64,000 bases of DNA from Eledone cirrhosa (taxonomy: Eukaryota): the NCBI GenBank assembly GCA_964016885.1, contig OZ024743.1, positions 232,314,001-232,378,000 of the forward strand. The letters run 5' to 3'. A model generated the notes under the pieces. That model made no database searches and was not told the origin of the DNA. It was given only the letters and a program-made list of their open reading frames with translations. Numbering within the stretch: position 1 is the first letter of the stretch; the number at the start of each line of letters is the position of its first letter. This document shows positions 1 to 13,696 of the stretch, piece by piece. The position numbers and the translations under genes are program-made.

Positions 1-59
1 CTTTTTATAACTGTCCCTAACATTTTTCACTACCAAATCAACTTTTTAAATGGAAGTTG

Positions 60-304
60 AAGTTGTAAGGTATGTCAAATCTATCTATTTATAAGACTGT
101 TTATATTGTATTTTGTCTGAAGAAGGCATACCATATTTTTAATATGATATCCCTGAAATATATATAATGAAATAAATATGGTTTTATAAATATAGTTTCC
201 ATTTATTTAATATCGTAAATATACTCCAAATACTTGTTGAGTGCTTTTATATCAGTTATAAATATTTACTCGTTGTAACCCAACAATTTAAATAAAACTT
301 TGCA
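60..304 (+). mobile_element. 3' terminal (pLTR) fragment of a Penelope-like element, same family as 7487-11040
   Basis: Near-identical to 10900-11040 and to the reverse complement of 7487-7712; ends in a (TA)n tract; contains a hammerhead motif. Confidence 0.75.
109..174 (+). ncRNA. Type I hammerhead ribozyme motif (minimal, palindromic stem III)
   Basis: tattttgt-CTGAAGA-aggcatac..gatatccct-GAAA-tatata-TA-atgaaata; stem I pairs with G-U wobbles. Confidence 0.7.
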
Positions 305-391
305 TATATATATATATGAATATCTATATATACTTATACATGATCGGTATTTCTTCTCAATTTTCGTCGACCGGATTTCTTTCTTTCACAG

Positions 392-472
392 AGCAATGGT
401 TCACCCGTGGCTACATTGGAAGATGATCACGTTTCCAAATTGCCGCTTGGTGGGCTTGAAAACATGTATCTT
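392..472 (+). CDS. Candidate host-gene internal exon (SNGSPVATLEDDHVSKLPLGGLENMYL), protein unidentified
   Basis: Pyrimidine-rich acceptor ttctttctttcacAG, donor GTAAGC, 81 nt open in phase 0/0, non-repetitive. Confidence 0.5.
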
Positions 473-927
473 GTAAGCAAAATTCCTCAGGCATACTGTG
501 ATGCCTGCGCCTGTGTCGGTGTGTGTGTGTGTGACTGGGCGCGTGAGACTGTGTGCGTGTGGCTGTGTGTCTCTGTGTGCGTGTATGTATGTGTGTTTGT
601 GTGACTGCGTGTGCAATTGTGATTGGGCATCGTATAATCTTGTCTTCTCAAAATGTTACTATATCCGTCTGCATTTACAATAAAGGTTAAAACATGCTGC
701 AGCAGATGGTCAGCCGTACAAAAGTTATCACGTGATTTTAATTTCCGTTTCCGTTTCAGCAGCTATATCTTCTGTAAGGGATGACACTCAATAAATAATT
801 GACCCTCTCTCACCAACACTTTTTGGGCACTCTATCAACGACTAACTACCTCACCTGAACCCTACCAAACCTTTTCTTCACCCCTCTCTATAACTACAAC
901 TCTCGGTTGTCTCTATCGACCCCTTCT

Positions 928-1277
<350 letters not shown>

Positions 1278-1619
1278 CTACCTATCTTTACTACTATAGA
1301 TAGCCTTGTGTTCCTGAATATACTGATTATATTCCATCTACACCTGAATTTACTTGATCTTTCGCAATCTCATCACCCGAGTTTCAATCACAACAATCAA
1401 ACCTGCAGCTATTGAATCTCAATTATCATTAAACTAAATTACCCACAACCAGATATTCTTATACCATCTAGCCATGGGGAGAGGTTAGAAGCTATGTTCA
1501 CATCTGCAACTTCTGATGCTTCTTATTTTCCTTCCTACATATTTTCTTGTCCTTATTAATGAACAACGAACCCTTTCCAAAATGCAGAATCTCTCCCCTA
1601 CACCCCCTCACTCTCACAA

Positions 1620-1685
<66 letters not shown>

Positions 1686-1800
1686 TCTCTCTCTCTCCCT
1701 CTCTCTTTCTATTTATCTCTCTAACAAATGACTTATTTATGACACTTTCAAACTAAATCACCGACTGTATAGTGTTTATACCTTGTGCTGGTGATGGGTG

Positions 1801-1803
1801 TAA

Positions 1804-1897
<94 letters not shown>

Positions 1898-1898
1898 T

Positions 1899-1978
<80 letters not shown>

Positions 1979-2057
1979 GGTGGTAGTAGTAGTATTAGTA
2001 ACAGCAGCAGCAACAGCAGTAGTAGTAGTTGTAGCAGTTCTAGTTAGTTATAGTAGT
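1801..2057. repeat. (TAG)n/(TGG)n compound trinucleotide microsatellite
   Basis: Direct inspection; source of the poly-S/V/L ORFs. Confidence 0.95.
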
Positions 2058-2204
2058 CTAACCCCAGATCAACAATGATGAAGCGTTCAAGACATACTGT
2101 CTTCACAGTGTCTCATATTCAATTATAATATATCTATGACTATCTATGAGTAAGTCATTAATTGTTTAAAATGGGAAGGTGGTGGCTATTTCTCAGAAAG
2201 TAAA

Positions 2205-2475
2205 CTACTCGACATCCTCTTGGAGGAGGCAGAGGAGCTGGCACGAGATGGCCAGCGATGGAGGGTGGTGGTGGACCTGGTGGGCGCCACGCCTAATGAT
2301 ACTTCTGGGATCACCGGCTTAGAATGACCCCAGCCTTGTCAAGCAAGAAGAAGAAGAAGAAGAAGAAGAAGAAGAAGAAGAAGAAGAAGAAGAAGAAGAA
2401 GAAGAAGAAGGAGAAGAAGGAGGAGGAGGAGGAGGAGGAGGAGGAGGAGGAGGAGGAGGAGGGGGGGGGGGGGGT
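2205..2475 (+). mobile_element. 3' end of an RTE-like LINE with expanded (AAG)n/(AGG)n tail
   Basis: Translates LEEAEELARDGQRWRVVVDLVGATP*, resembling the RTE C-terminal A.DR..WR motif; short UTR, then trinucleotide tail. Confidence 0.55.
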
Positions 2476-2839
2476 CGATAGTTATCTGAACAAATCCATT
2501 CAAGTGTTACCATATTTAAAGTAGAGAACATCAAATATCTAATTAGAAATATATTTACGCGATCAGAAAACAGCTGAATGACTAATACTGTTCGAATCGT
2601 TTTGACAAATAGATGAAACAATTCCGGATATGTTGAGGTATTATTAGTTGTCATTAGCTTAGCATACACCTCGCCGTACTTACCGATATGTAAATGTACA
2701 AGCAAATATGTAAATACTACGAACAAATGTATCTGTAAATTAGCATGATTGTTTCTAATATAGATACAGGAATATGAATTTTGTGAAAAAAGCATATATA
2801 ATTCCAGAGATACTCATACTACTTAAAGTAGATTGGGTA

Positions 2840-3184
2840 AAGAGTTAAGACCCCCTTCGCTCACGAATGACCATGGGATTTGCACCTAGAAAGTTCCCTC
2901 CGAGGTACATGTCCGGGTAAAGTTGTTTAAGGGAGACCAGCAGTCACCCATGCATACCTGCCTTCCTTCTCCACGCCACCGCCGATGTTGTCCATGGGTA
3001 AGGCAATGGCCGATACAGCTTCGCACCAGTGACGTCGCAACTCATTTTTACAACTAATTGAACTGGACCAACGTGAAATAAAGTGTCTTGCTCAAGAACA
3101 CAACGCAAAGCCCGGTCCGAGAACCGAACTCACAACCTTGCGATTGTAAGCCCGACGTTCTAACCAGTAAGCCATGCACCTTCG
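2840..3184 (-). mobile_element. tRNA-derived SINE, family 2 (full length)
   Basis: Minus strand starts ggtgcatggcttactggttaga (A box) ..gtgagttcggttctc (B box), then gtgttcttgagcaagacacttta. Related copies at about 3870-4040, 6835-6994 and 30565-30910. Confidence 0.75.
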
Positions 3185-3244
3185 AAAGCCGATTACACAA
3201 TTATAAAAATCGGAACATTAAATTGAAGTTACATGTACAGACCT

Positions 3245-3430
3245 GTTAACTCTCCCCGTCCGAAGACAAGATCGCCCACCCACTTTGGGTGGATGAGACA
3301 CGTCTTCTCTTGTGAAAATGGGTATAGCTTTTATTATGTAAATTCTCGCCATTTTTGCCTCATTTCTCCCTGTTTTGGGGCACTTTTTTCATGGTACTTT
3401 CTGTTTACGCTTTTAGAGATTGGCAGTTAT
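3245..3430 (+). repeat. Unclassified dispersed repeat (second copy at 60265-60655, interrupted by a SINE)
   Basis: cccacccactttg.g.tgg.tgaga.a.gtcttctctt.tgaaaatgggtatagcttt.attatgt.aattctc is shared by both loci. Confidence 0.7.
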
Positions 3431-3485
3431 GCATAAAGTGAACGACATATATATTAAAATATGATTTATTATTTGCATTCATTAG

Positions 3486-3702
3486 GGCACCAGATAGGCA
3501 GTATCAACAGAGCGTCCGACACTATGCTTTGTAGCATAGTGTTAAGGCCCTTTACAGTCTGAGTTCAAATCCCGCCGAGGTTGGCTTTGCCTTTCATCCT
3601 TACGGGGACGATAAAATAAAGCACCAGTGGTGTACTGAGGCTCAATTTAATCGGCTTTCCCCTCGCCCCAATTTTCTGGCCTTGTGCTTATAATAGAAAT
3701 CA
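3486..3702 (+). mobile_element. tRNA/CORE-type SINE, family 1 (octopus OR-like)
   Basis: ctgagttcaaatcccgccgagg..tttgcctttcatccttacgggg.cgataaaataaag.accagt..ctggccttgtgc. Confidence 0.75.
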
Positions 3703-3816
3703 TTTTTGCATTCATTTATAAATTCTTATACCCCTTGCATACAAGCAGTAAACGCCAAGGATTATGGAGTTGTATGTATATAGTATTTGACCAGTATTAT
3801 AATTTATCGATTTCAG

Positions 3817-3877
3817 GAATGGGCCAGCACGTTCACCACACTATCGATGTTGTCTAACGCAAGACTGATACAGCATG
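3817..3877 (+). CDS. Weak candidate exon (EWASTFTTLSMLSNARLIQH)
   Basis: tttcAG acceptor; open in phase 0, compatible with the 392-472 exon; weak donor GTAGCA overlapping a degenerate SINE. Confidence 0.25.
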
Positions 3878-4089
3878 GTAGCAGTGTTTTAGCAGCTCAT
3901 TTATTTTTCAGCTGAGTCGACTGGAGCGACAGAAAATGAAGTGTTTGATCAAGATGATATAACACGCCGCTAATTCTGAGAACGAAACACAAAAATACGA
4001 TCGTGAGTCCAGTACAATAAGCACTAAGGCACGCATCGCTCCTCATCAGTGTGTGTATGCATATATTTACCTATATATCTAAATCTCTC

Positions 4090-4191
<102 letters not shown>

Positions 4192-4918
4192 TTCGGATCT
4201 ACCTCAACCGCCGGGGTACTCACTCTTTTCCCATATATATATATATATATATATATATAGCGATAGAGAGATAGGGGGGAGAGAGATAGAAAAAGAAATA
4301 CAGATAGTGATATGTATGTATACATATACATAGATGTAGATAAGTATATACGTGCAGGTATATATTTAGCATGTAGGCGTTTTTATATATGTGTTTATGT
4401 GTTTAAAGGTATGCAAGTGTGTGTGTTCGCGTGTTCGTGTGTCAGTATTAGTAATCAATCCCACCTTTCTATATATATATATAAATTCAATATCCTGGAA
4501 TGAAGACAGCGACAACAGTTAGTTCTATTAGAACGAGTAAAATCAATAGACACCATAAAAGTTAATTTTCTGTACAACTTGCTTTGATTATATTTGATAA
4601 CAATGATATCATAGCTACGTTCCACATACATTGTATATTATGTAATGGATATCACACAACGTTCCAAAGAACAGCGTAAGATATTAAGCCAAATGAGATT
4701 GCAATCCATCAACGATTTCTTTGGTTTAATATGTAGTTCAACATTCTCCGTTCAGACTGTGTAAAAATATGTATAAATATAACCTTAATGGTAACCTAAT
4801 CAAAGTATATGTATCTTAATGTGGTTATGCTCTGAAGATTTCTGGATTAGTAAATAGATTATTTGTCTTGTGATCCTACGTTTATGAGTTTGATTGCGAA
4901 CGGTTCATTATATCCTAG

Positions 4919-5069
4919 AGCAAGGCAATTCATTTCACATACCTACAATTCACAGAGGTGGGAAGATTGAGCTGTATCTGACATTTAACAGGCCCGCTTT
5001 GTCATCAGTGTCACGATGTAATACCACGTATTTATGGAATATGCAACTAAATGAAAGTATATTCCACGA
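4919..5069 (+). CDS. Weak candidate exon (QGNSFHIPTIHRGGKIELYLTFNRPALSSVSRCNTTYLWNMQLNESIFH)
   Basis: cctAG acceptor, GTACGT donor; phase 1 start is compatible with the previous candidate; unique sequence. Confidence 0.25.
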
Positions 5070-5462
5070 GTACGTTGTTATCTTAATCAAGCTTCTGGAA
5101 CACGAATATTGGTAGTCGCAACCTACGGAGGTCCAGCACCCGCATGTTTTTGCGTGTGTAGGTGTATGAATGTGTGGGGTGCAGGTATAAACAGCCTTCC
5201 TTTCTAAGCTGATTTTTACGGACGCTTGCATTCAGAGTGCAAAGGTATGAATGAATGAGAAGGTATGTGTTACCGTGTTTGCATAATATCTGTGTAGAAC
5301 TGAATCCATATATGTACGTGAAGATATATATGTCTATTATATTACTATTCATGCCAGAAATATCAAGATCAATTCTATTAATATATTGATAATTTACCCA
5401 TCACACACACAGCAACATGCACATATACACTTACACTCGCAAAAACACACACACACGCATAT

Positions 5463-5527
<65 letters not shown>

Positions 5528-5688
5528 TATTACAAAATGTACCGTATATATATGTGTGTGTAAATCCCCAGTAAAATCGCGGGTAACCACAGTGCACAAG
5601 GTACTCAATATATTAGTAGAGTGTGATCATTATTTTGGCGTCTATAGGACTAGTTGAAGCAGTTCTAAGAATCAATTTATCAATTTCT

Positions 5689-5781
<93 letters not shown>

Positions 5782-5814
5782 TATATATTTATATTTACAA
5801 ACATTCATACATAC

Positions 5815-5917
<103 letters not shown>

Positions 5918-5973
5918 TATATATATATATACAAACTTATATACAAATATACATACATATATACAAATATACG

Positions 5974-6044
<71 letters not shown>

Positions 6045-6172
6045 ATCTACCTACCTTAATCTCCTTATATCTATATTGAACATACTTATATATACACATA
6101 CATACATTATATACGTACATACTTCATGTATATAATATGTGTGTGCGTATACATACATACATACATACTTAC

Positions 6173-6203
<31 letters not shown>

Positions 6204-6456
6204 CATAGATACATACATACATACATACATACACACACACACATATCATAAACACAGTAGTGATCATTGTGATGATAATAGAAATGATGATACTGATTAT
6301 TATCAACATGAGATATCTGGTATTCTACAAAGACCAGGAGCTACAATCAAATTCCTCTTAACTATTCTATATCTTTTAGAGTGGAATGTATGCATGCTTG
6401 TCTATCTGTGCGTATTTGGCTTTTACTTTCGTTCTTACATTATATTGAGTGCGAAT

Positions 6457-6642
6457 GGCGGTGGATTGGCAGTATCGGTAGAGGGTCGGACGCCATGCTT
6501 TGAGGCATAGAGTTACGGCCCTTTCTATTCTGAGTCCAAATGCTGCCGAGGTTAACTTTGCCGTTCATCTTTACGGGGTCCGTAAAATAAAGTACCAGTA
6601 ATACAGTGAGTAATTGCTGGCCTTGAGCCAAAAGTAGAAACA
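6457..6642 (+). mobile_element. SINE family 1, full length with 18-bp TSD
   Basis: TSD attatattgagtgc(g/a)aat at 6439-6456 and 6643-6660; A/B boxes; 3' end agtagaaaca. Confidence 0.85.
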
Positions 6643-6834
6643 ATTATATTGAGTGCAAATCACATCTACATATACCCACCCATATATATTATATATATAT
6701 AGTCTTTTAAAGACCTAGGTCATGGTGGGGCACCGCCACGCACACACATATATATATATATATTTTTTTTTGGGGGGGGGGTCGATCGACTTTCGTTAAA
6801 TCAGACCGAGGAAACAATGTTTCCGTTGGTCTTT

Positions 6835-6994
6835 CCAGTTGCTAGTACTATCTATCGGTCGCAACTTCAGGTAGAAGGAGCAACGTGAAATAAAGTGTCT
6901 TGCTCAAGGACATAACGTATCGCCCGGTCCTGGAATCGAACTCACAACCTCAAGATTGTGAATCCAATTCTCTAACCACTCAGCCACACGCCTT
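6835..6994 (-). mobile_element. SINE family 2, 5' part
   Basis: Similar to 3030-3184; tRNA-like head. Confidence 0.65.
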
Positions 6995-6996
6995 TA

Positions 6997-7489
<493 letters not shown>

Positions 7490-7617
7490 AAAGTTCTATT
7501 TAAAATTGTTGGGATACAACAAGTAAATATTTTATAACTGATATAAAGCACTCGACAAGTTTTGGGAGTAGATATACGATATTAAATAAATGGAAACTAT
7601 ATTTATAAAACTATATT

Positions 7618-7682
7618 TATTTCATTATACATATTTCAGGGATACTAAATTAAAATACGGTATGCCTTCATCGGACAAAATA
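7618..7682 (-). ncRNA. Hammerhead motif in the inverted pLTR (core CCGATGA, U4C)
   Basis: Reverse-complement copy of 10934-10998. Confidence 0.55.
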
Positions 7683-7816
7683 CAATATATAAACAGTTTT
7701 ATAAATAATTTTGACGTACCCTATTAGATGCGACCATTATTTTTGGAAGCTGTCTGGATAGTGAGATGTTTATAATTATTTTATTAGTTATAGTGTTAAG
7801 CACAGTTAGAAAAAAG

Positions 7817-9519
7817 CCTAGGAAACCCAAGATCAATATGAAAGATCACAAAAGAAACTTTGAAAATGATTTGCCAGTCACATTGATTGCACCATCAAAA
7901 TCTGACGTGGGAAAACTTAGCAAAACATTCTAGACAGGGTAATACAACAAATTAAAAACTTAAATAATTTACCTTACTTAAAGTTATGGAAGGGGACTGG
8001 TGAGGTTATTGAGTGGTTTAAAGAAATTAAATATAACTATAATAATAAGTTTATTCTGCTTGATATTGCTAACTACTATTCATCTATCACTCCTAATCTA
8101 CTGAATAAGGCACTAAATTACGCATTTAAACATACCGACCTAACTAGCAATGAAATGCACATTATATTATCGGCAAGCAAAACATTGATAGATTTTAATA
8201 ACCAACTATGGACTAGGGCAGATAGAGATAATAATTTCGACATAACTATGGGATCATCAGACTCAGCTCAGGTAACGGACCTTGTGGGCCTATTTATAAT
8301 TAATTCGCTACATAGAAAAATACCAGGTGTAACCGGAGGATTATATCGTGATGACATGCTTTTACTTATTGAAAATAATAGCTGTGAACTAAATAGAAAA
8401 AGAAAACAAATTATACAATTTTTTAATTACCTTCATCTAAAAATAGAAATAGAGAATAACCATAGAATAGTCAATTTTCTGGATGTAACACTAAATCTCA
8501 ACACATGTCTTCACTATCCATTTCACAAACTAAATGAGAACTTGAATTATGTCAATTATAACTCTAATCACCCCAGATCTGTTAAAAATACTATAGTGAA
8601 CTCTGTTCAAGAACGAATTTCAAGAATTTCATCTAATAAAAATATTTTTGATGAAAAGGCGCAGTATTACAATGAAGCGTTAGCTAGAGCAGGATATAGA
8701 GATAAAATTAAATACATCGATAATAATAAGCAAACTAACCAAAATAATAACAATTTTAATTACGGTAACAACTTTAACAACTATAATAGAAAACATTACA
8801 ATAATTCCAAAAGCCGAAAAAGAAATAGAACTAGAAATATATTATGGTTTGCCCCCCCCCCCCCCCTCCTCACTAAATATTAAAACCCATATTGCTAAAC
8901 TATTCTTTAATGCTCTTGACAAACGCTTCCCTAGAACACATAAATATCCTTCAATTTTTAATAGACACACTATAAAATTAACTTACTCGTCCATCAAAAA
9001 TTTAGCACAAAATATTAACAGAATTAATAATAGGAATTTAAAACCTAACCAAAATACCAATAATAACCCAAACAATATTCAATTAAATAACTGTAACTGT
9101 AGAAATAAATCTAACTGTCCGTTAAATAACAACTGCTTAGCTAAAAATGTAGTGTACAATTGTAATGTTAAAACTAATTTAAATTCTTTCAACTATGTTG
9201 GTTCCACCTCGACAGAATTTAAACTTCGCTTCAATAATCATAAGAATTATTTCCAGATCCAAACAAAATATCCTCAACTTCGCTATTTAGCCTACTCTGG
9301 CACCTTAAACGAGATAATGTTAAATATTCGATGATTTGGAATATTGTCTCAAAAGGTATTCCTTTTAATTCCTCATCAGAGAGTTGTGATCTTTGTATAG
9401 AAGAAATATTCTTTATATTAAAGTCCAAAAATTCCCTTAATTTAAGGAGCAATTTATTCAGTTGCTGCAGACATAGATTGAACTCAACGTTTAAATATAA
9501 ATATAAATTTAAAATGTAG
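7817..9519 (+). pseudogene. PLE reverse transcriptase / GIY-YIG endonuclease, frameshifted
   Basis: MKDHK..LIAPSKSDVGKLSK; FDITMGSSDSAQVTDLVG; GLYRDD; VNFLDVTLNL; SNHP; CNCRNKSNCPLNNNCL..NVVY..YVGST; CDLCIEE; three frames. Confidence 0.88.
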
Positions 9520-10933
9520 TATAATTAATTAAGAAATTTAGTTAATATATGAAACCTGACGATAAATCATTAGATTCCTTCACCTTTTTCTTTTTAAACT
9601 TTCTTCCTAAATATGAACAAAGATATAATAAATTACTCTAAAATGTATATGCTCCCAATGTATTAAATAAAATTTACGTAAGATAAATTTCTATACTAAA
9701 TATAAGGGCATCCGTAGAATCACTGGGTCTTCTAAATCTTTAAATTATTTTTATTTTTTATTTGTTTTTTACTCTGATAGCTTCTCATAACTTTCATATG
9801 TCTACCCTTGAAATATCTTGTTTGAGATATAGGTAGGATAGATTTCTATAATAAATATATAAAACATATAATTTTAACTTGAGATACTCTATAGTGTTTT
9901 AAAGATATTTAATGCTTTGATATTTCTATATTAATATATTGATATTTAATTATTTCTATACAAAGGCCATTTGTGTGTATTACCATGCATATAAAAGGTT
10001 TATAGGGTTTATTTATGAGTTCGTATATGTGTCTGTATATATGCATAACGATGCTGGAAAACTCACGCAGATATTTATTTATACATATGTATGTGTTTGT
10101 ATGGTTGTGTGTGTATATGTTGATGTGTGTTGCAGATATGCACAATATTAAATACATGAACGGTAATCATATATATGAAGACATGAATATTAATCGTATT
10201 TTTATGTATACATACTGTGAAATTTTTATAACACAAGAAATGTATAGAAGTGATCAAGTGAAATCATTTGTATGTCTATATTATTGACTGGAGTAGACAT
10301 AATTTTCTCTTTTTTCAGGACGTACATATGCGTGTATATATATATATACATATGTGTATCCGTATTTTATAAATAGGGTATTTTTTTAATGTTTTAACTC
10401 AGATTTTGGTATATTGACCTCAAGGTTTTAAACTAAACATATGGTCATTATTGAACAATGTTATTTTCTCATATTATATATCTATGTCCCATTCATGAAT
10501 ATTGTTATTTACATCTTTATTATTCATTTCATATGAATTGTTAATTCAACTTAATATGACATGACGTAAAGTTGTCACTATATCCTCCTCTCTCTATACA
10601 GTACTTCCTCTCTCTTGAGTTTCTCTTGAGTTTATCTCTCTGCTGCTTTCTTTTGTCTTTCTTATTTCTTTCTTTTTTTCTTTCTTTTTCATTTCCTCCT
10701 ATCTATTTATATATATCTTTCTTTTCTGCATACATTCCTTTTCTCTCTCTCCTTCTTTTTCTCTCTCCTTCCCTCTCTCCGTTTTTTCTTTCTCTCCGTC
10801 TTTTTTCTAACTGTGCTTAACACTATAACTAATAAAATAATTATAAACATCTCACTATCCAGACAGCTTCCAAAAATAATGGTCGCATCTAATAAGATAC
10901 GTCAAAATTATTTATAAAACTGTTTATATATTG

Positions 10934-10998
10934 TATTTTGTCTGATGAAGACATACCATACTTTAATTTGGTATCCCTGAAATATGTATAATGAAATA
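10934..10998 (+). ncRNA. Type I hammerhead ribozyme motif in the PLE 3' pLTR
   Basis: tattttgt-CTGATGA-ag.catacca..tggtatccct-GAAA-tatgta-TA-atgaaata. Confidence 0.75.
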
Positions 10999-11038
10999 AA
11001 TATGGTTTTATAAATATAGTTTCCATTTATTTAATATC

Positions 11039-11101
<63 letters not shown>

Positions 11102-11108
<7 letters not shown>

Positions 11109-11460
11109 GTGAGGGTTTTTTTACAAAATGAAAAATAACCGAGGTGTCCTACACGAGTGAAAGTATAAAGAAAAAAAGATGAAATCGAAAATGCAACTGG
11201 AGTCTTATTTTTAAAAATATATATATATTTATTTGGTTCCTTTACCGGTTTCGCAGTTTTTCTGCTTTTCAAAAGTTGAGATGGAGGGTCTGTGGTTTTT
11301 CTCACATCTTATGTGAGAAAAACCACAGACCCTCCATCTCAACTCTACTTTTGAAAAGCAGAATAACTGCGAAACCGGTAAAGGAACCAAATAAATATAT
11401 ATATATTTTTTTAAATAAGACTACAGTTGCATTTTCGATTTCATCTTTTTTTCTTTATAT
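11102..11460. mobile_element. Fold-back mini-element (palindrome centred near 11308) in (TA)n, with two opposed HHR motifs
   Basis: 11164-11306 is inverted at 11311-11458; a single-arm copy lies at 57929-58082. Confidence 0.8.
11348..11383 (+). ncRNA. Minimal hammerhead motif, U3-A8 core variant (mirror copy on minus strand 11240-11275)
   Basis: ctt-TTGAAAA-gcag aataa ctgc-GAAA-ccgg-TA-aag. Confidence 0.6.
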
Positions 11461-11648
11461 ATATATATATACATATATAATTATATGCGACCGCCCAGCT
11501 GTATACATGTTGCACGCTTGTCTGACATGCCTCTCTGTGTATATATATGTATGTGTGTTTGTGTGTATGTGTGTGTCGGTGCCCCAGCATGACCTCAGCC
11601 AGTAAGCTGAAATACGAAGAACAGTATATAAACATATATACATACATA

Positions 11649-12580
11649 CAATGGCGGACCGGTTCTAAAAATAGTGGTTACCAGATGAAGGGGGGCCCAC
11701 CTATACATAGATGCTATCATTTAATTTTCATAATGAATAAATAACATTTTCGAAAAATACATAAGTGGAAACAAAACAGTGCAATCAAATTTCGGCGGAA
11801 AAATATCTCATCTTCTCCAATAAAAAATATTATGTTTTTGCGAAATCCAGAGACTTTCAATTATGACCAGAAGTCGACCCTAAATATTACTAATAGCTCT
11901 AGGAAAGCCATGAACGATACCACATCTTTTTAACTTTGATTTTGAAAGTAGGTTTATATTCATTATACTTTTGTAGCTGTCTCGGTGACCGAGTTTGAGG
12001 TATCATAGACGGTGGTGAGCCTGGTCTGAAGTTCGATCCTGCTCGGGAGTAGGGTTGCCGGTAAACCTTTTCAGTCTTTTTCTATTGATTGTAAAATAAA
12101 AACTGAAAAAGCGTACATGTACTTCTTGACCAGGATTGAACCCAAGGCCAGGATCTCCACCATCTCTAGCACCTACAGCTAGGCCACAGAGACAACTACG
12201 AAAGTCTTATGAAAATTCATACTTACAAACCTACTTTCAAAATTTTCAAAACAAAATGTTGTGTCATTCATGTCTTTCTTCAAGTTACTTAAGATCGACC
12301 TTTAAATCATTTGGGTGTTCCATAAACTACATCCTCGTTTTGTTTCTCATCTATCTAGACTACATTTTAACCTGTAATCCATGTTTCGTTTCTGTTCCAC
12401 CTCAGCCCCCCTCTATGTAAATACTTACATACAATTACTGACCGAACAATATTTGGTATCAATGGGTTAAAGACATCTGTCAAATCAATATTTTTTATTG
12501 GAGAAGGTAAGATATTTTTCCGCAAGAATGTGATTGCACTGTTTTGTTTCCAGTTATGTATCTTTTGAAAATGTTATTTA

Positions 12581-12631
<51 letters not shown>

Positions 12632-12978
12632 TTGTGTGTCTGTGTCTAAATATGTATGTTTGCATGCATGAATGAATACACTAAGCTTTAGATTTAGTAG
12701 AATGTACAACCACTAATTCCACCTATTTGAATTATCATATATTTTGGTTTCTAGTAATTCCATTGGGAATTGGTTGACCAAATGCTTTGCTTGATTGCTT
12801 TATTCATTTTTTTTTAATTCTTTCTCTTAGATTTCAGGTATTTTTTTAAAGCAAAGCATTGGCCTCTAAAATACTACAGTGGGCCCTGCAATGCTACACT
12901 GGGCTCTTGCAATGCTACCGTGGCTCCCTGGGGCCAACTTGCATTGGGCAACCTGGCAACATGGCCAGTCGGCCACTG
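11649..12978. mobile_element. Non-autonomous hAT-type DNA transposon
   Basis: Imperfect TIRs caatggcggaccgg / ccagtcggccactg; perfect 8-bp TSD catacata at 11641-11648 and 12979-12986. Confidence 0.75.
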
Positions 12979-13256
12979 CATACATATGTGTGTATGTGTG
13001 TGTATACATATATATATATAAAGTTAATGTGTTTGTATGTGGATGCGATTCGCACTGAATGTAATATATGAAGGAATGTAAAAGTAAAATACGCACAGTC
13101 AGTCAAGCATGCATGCATACACCAGGGCGGTCTTATACTCCATACCACTCTTAAAGACATAGAGTAGGTAAGAGATATATGATTTTACTCTTGGACTTAG
13201 TAGAATGCCAGATACCTCATGTTGATAATAATCATCTTCGGGTTCAGGACTCTTTT

Positions 13257-13326
<70 letters not shown>

Positions 13327-13332
13327 TCACCT

Positions 13333-13406
<74 letters not shown>

Positions 13407-13410
13407 TATA

Positions 13411-13595
13411 GTAATAATAATAAAATTGAAGACTAAAATCCAAAGAGGGCTCGATAAGGATAAATATATATCAAATATATAAGAACCGTAGAGCCAGTTC
13501 TGCGTTTACAGATTGACTTTGTTAGTTTCAGAAGATCCCGTTAAGGGTCAAAGCAGCGATTCTTTGCTTAAACTTTAATCTGTTATTTAATAAAT
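13411..13595 (+). mobile_element. (TA)n-embedded mini-element with CAGAAGA-core HHR-like motif (13524-13574; G12 mutated in this copy)
   Basis: Same family as 56021-56297 and 7318-7428. Confidence 0.7.
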
Positions 13596-13696
13596 ATATA
13601 TATATATATATAGGAGGTGAGTTTTATTGTAGCACAATAAAGCAATGCAAATATCGGATAAGTAGCACTCTACAGTTTGTAGGACTGGAGTATAAA

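Larger units (their letters stand above)
7487..11040 (+). mobile_element. Penelope-like element (Hydra-clade-like), 5'-truncated with an inverted terminal repeat, inserted in (TA)n
   Basis: 7575-7816 is the reverse complement of 10800-11040; internal RT plus GIY-YIG coding remnant; HHR in both repeats; (TA)n on both flanks. Confidence 0.85.

Noticed and set aside
2840-3184. tRNA genes
   Set aside because: The tRNA-like sequences are SINE heads; no complete cloverleaf was seen.
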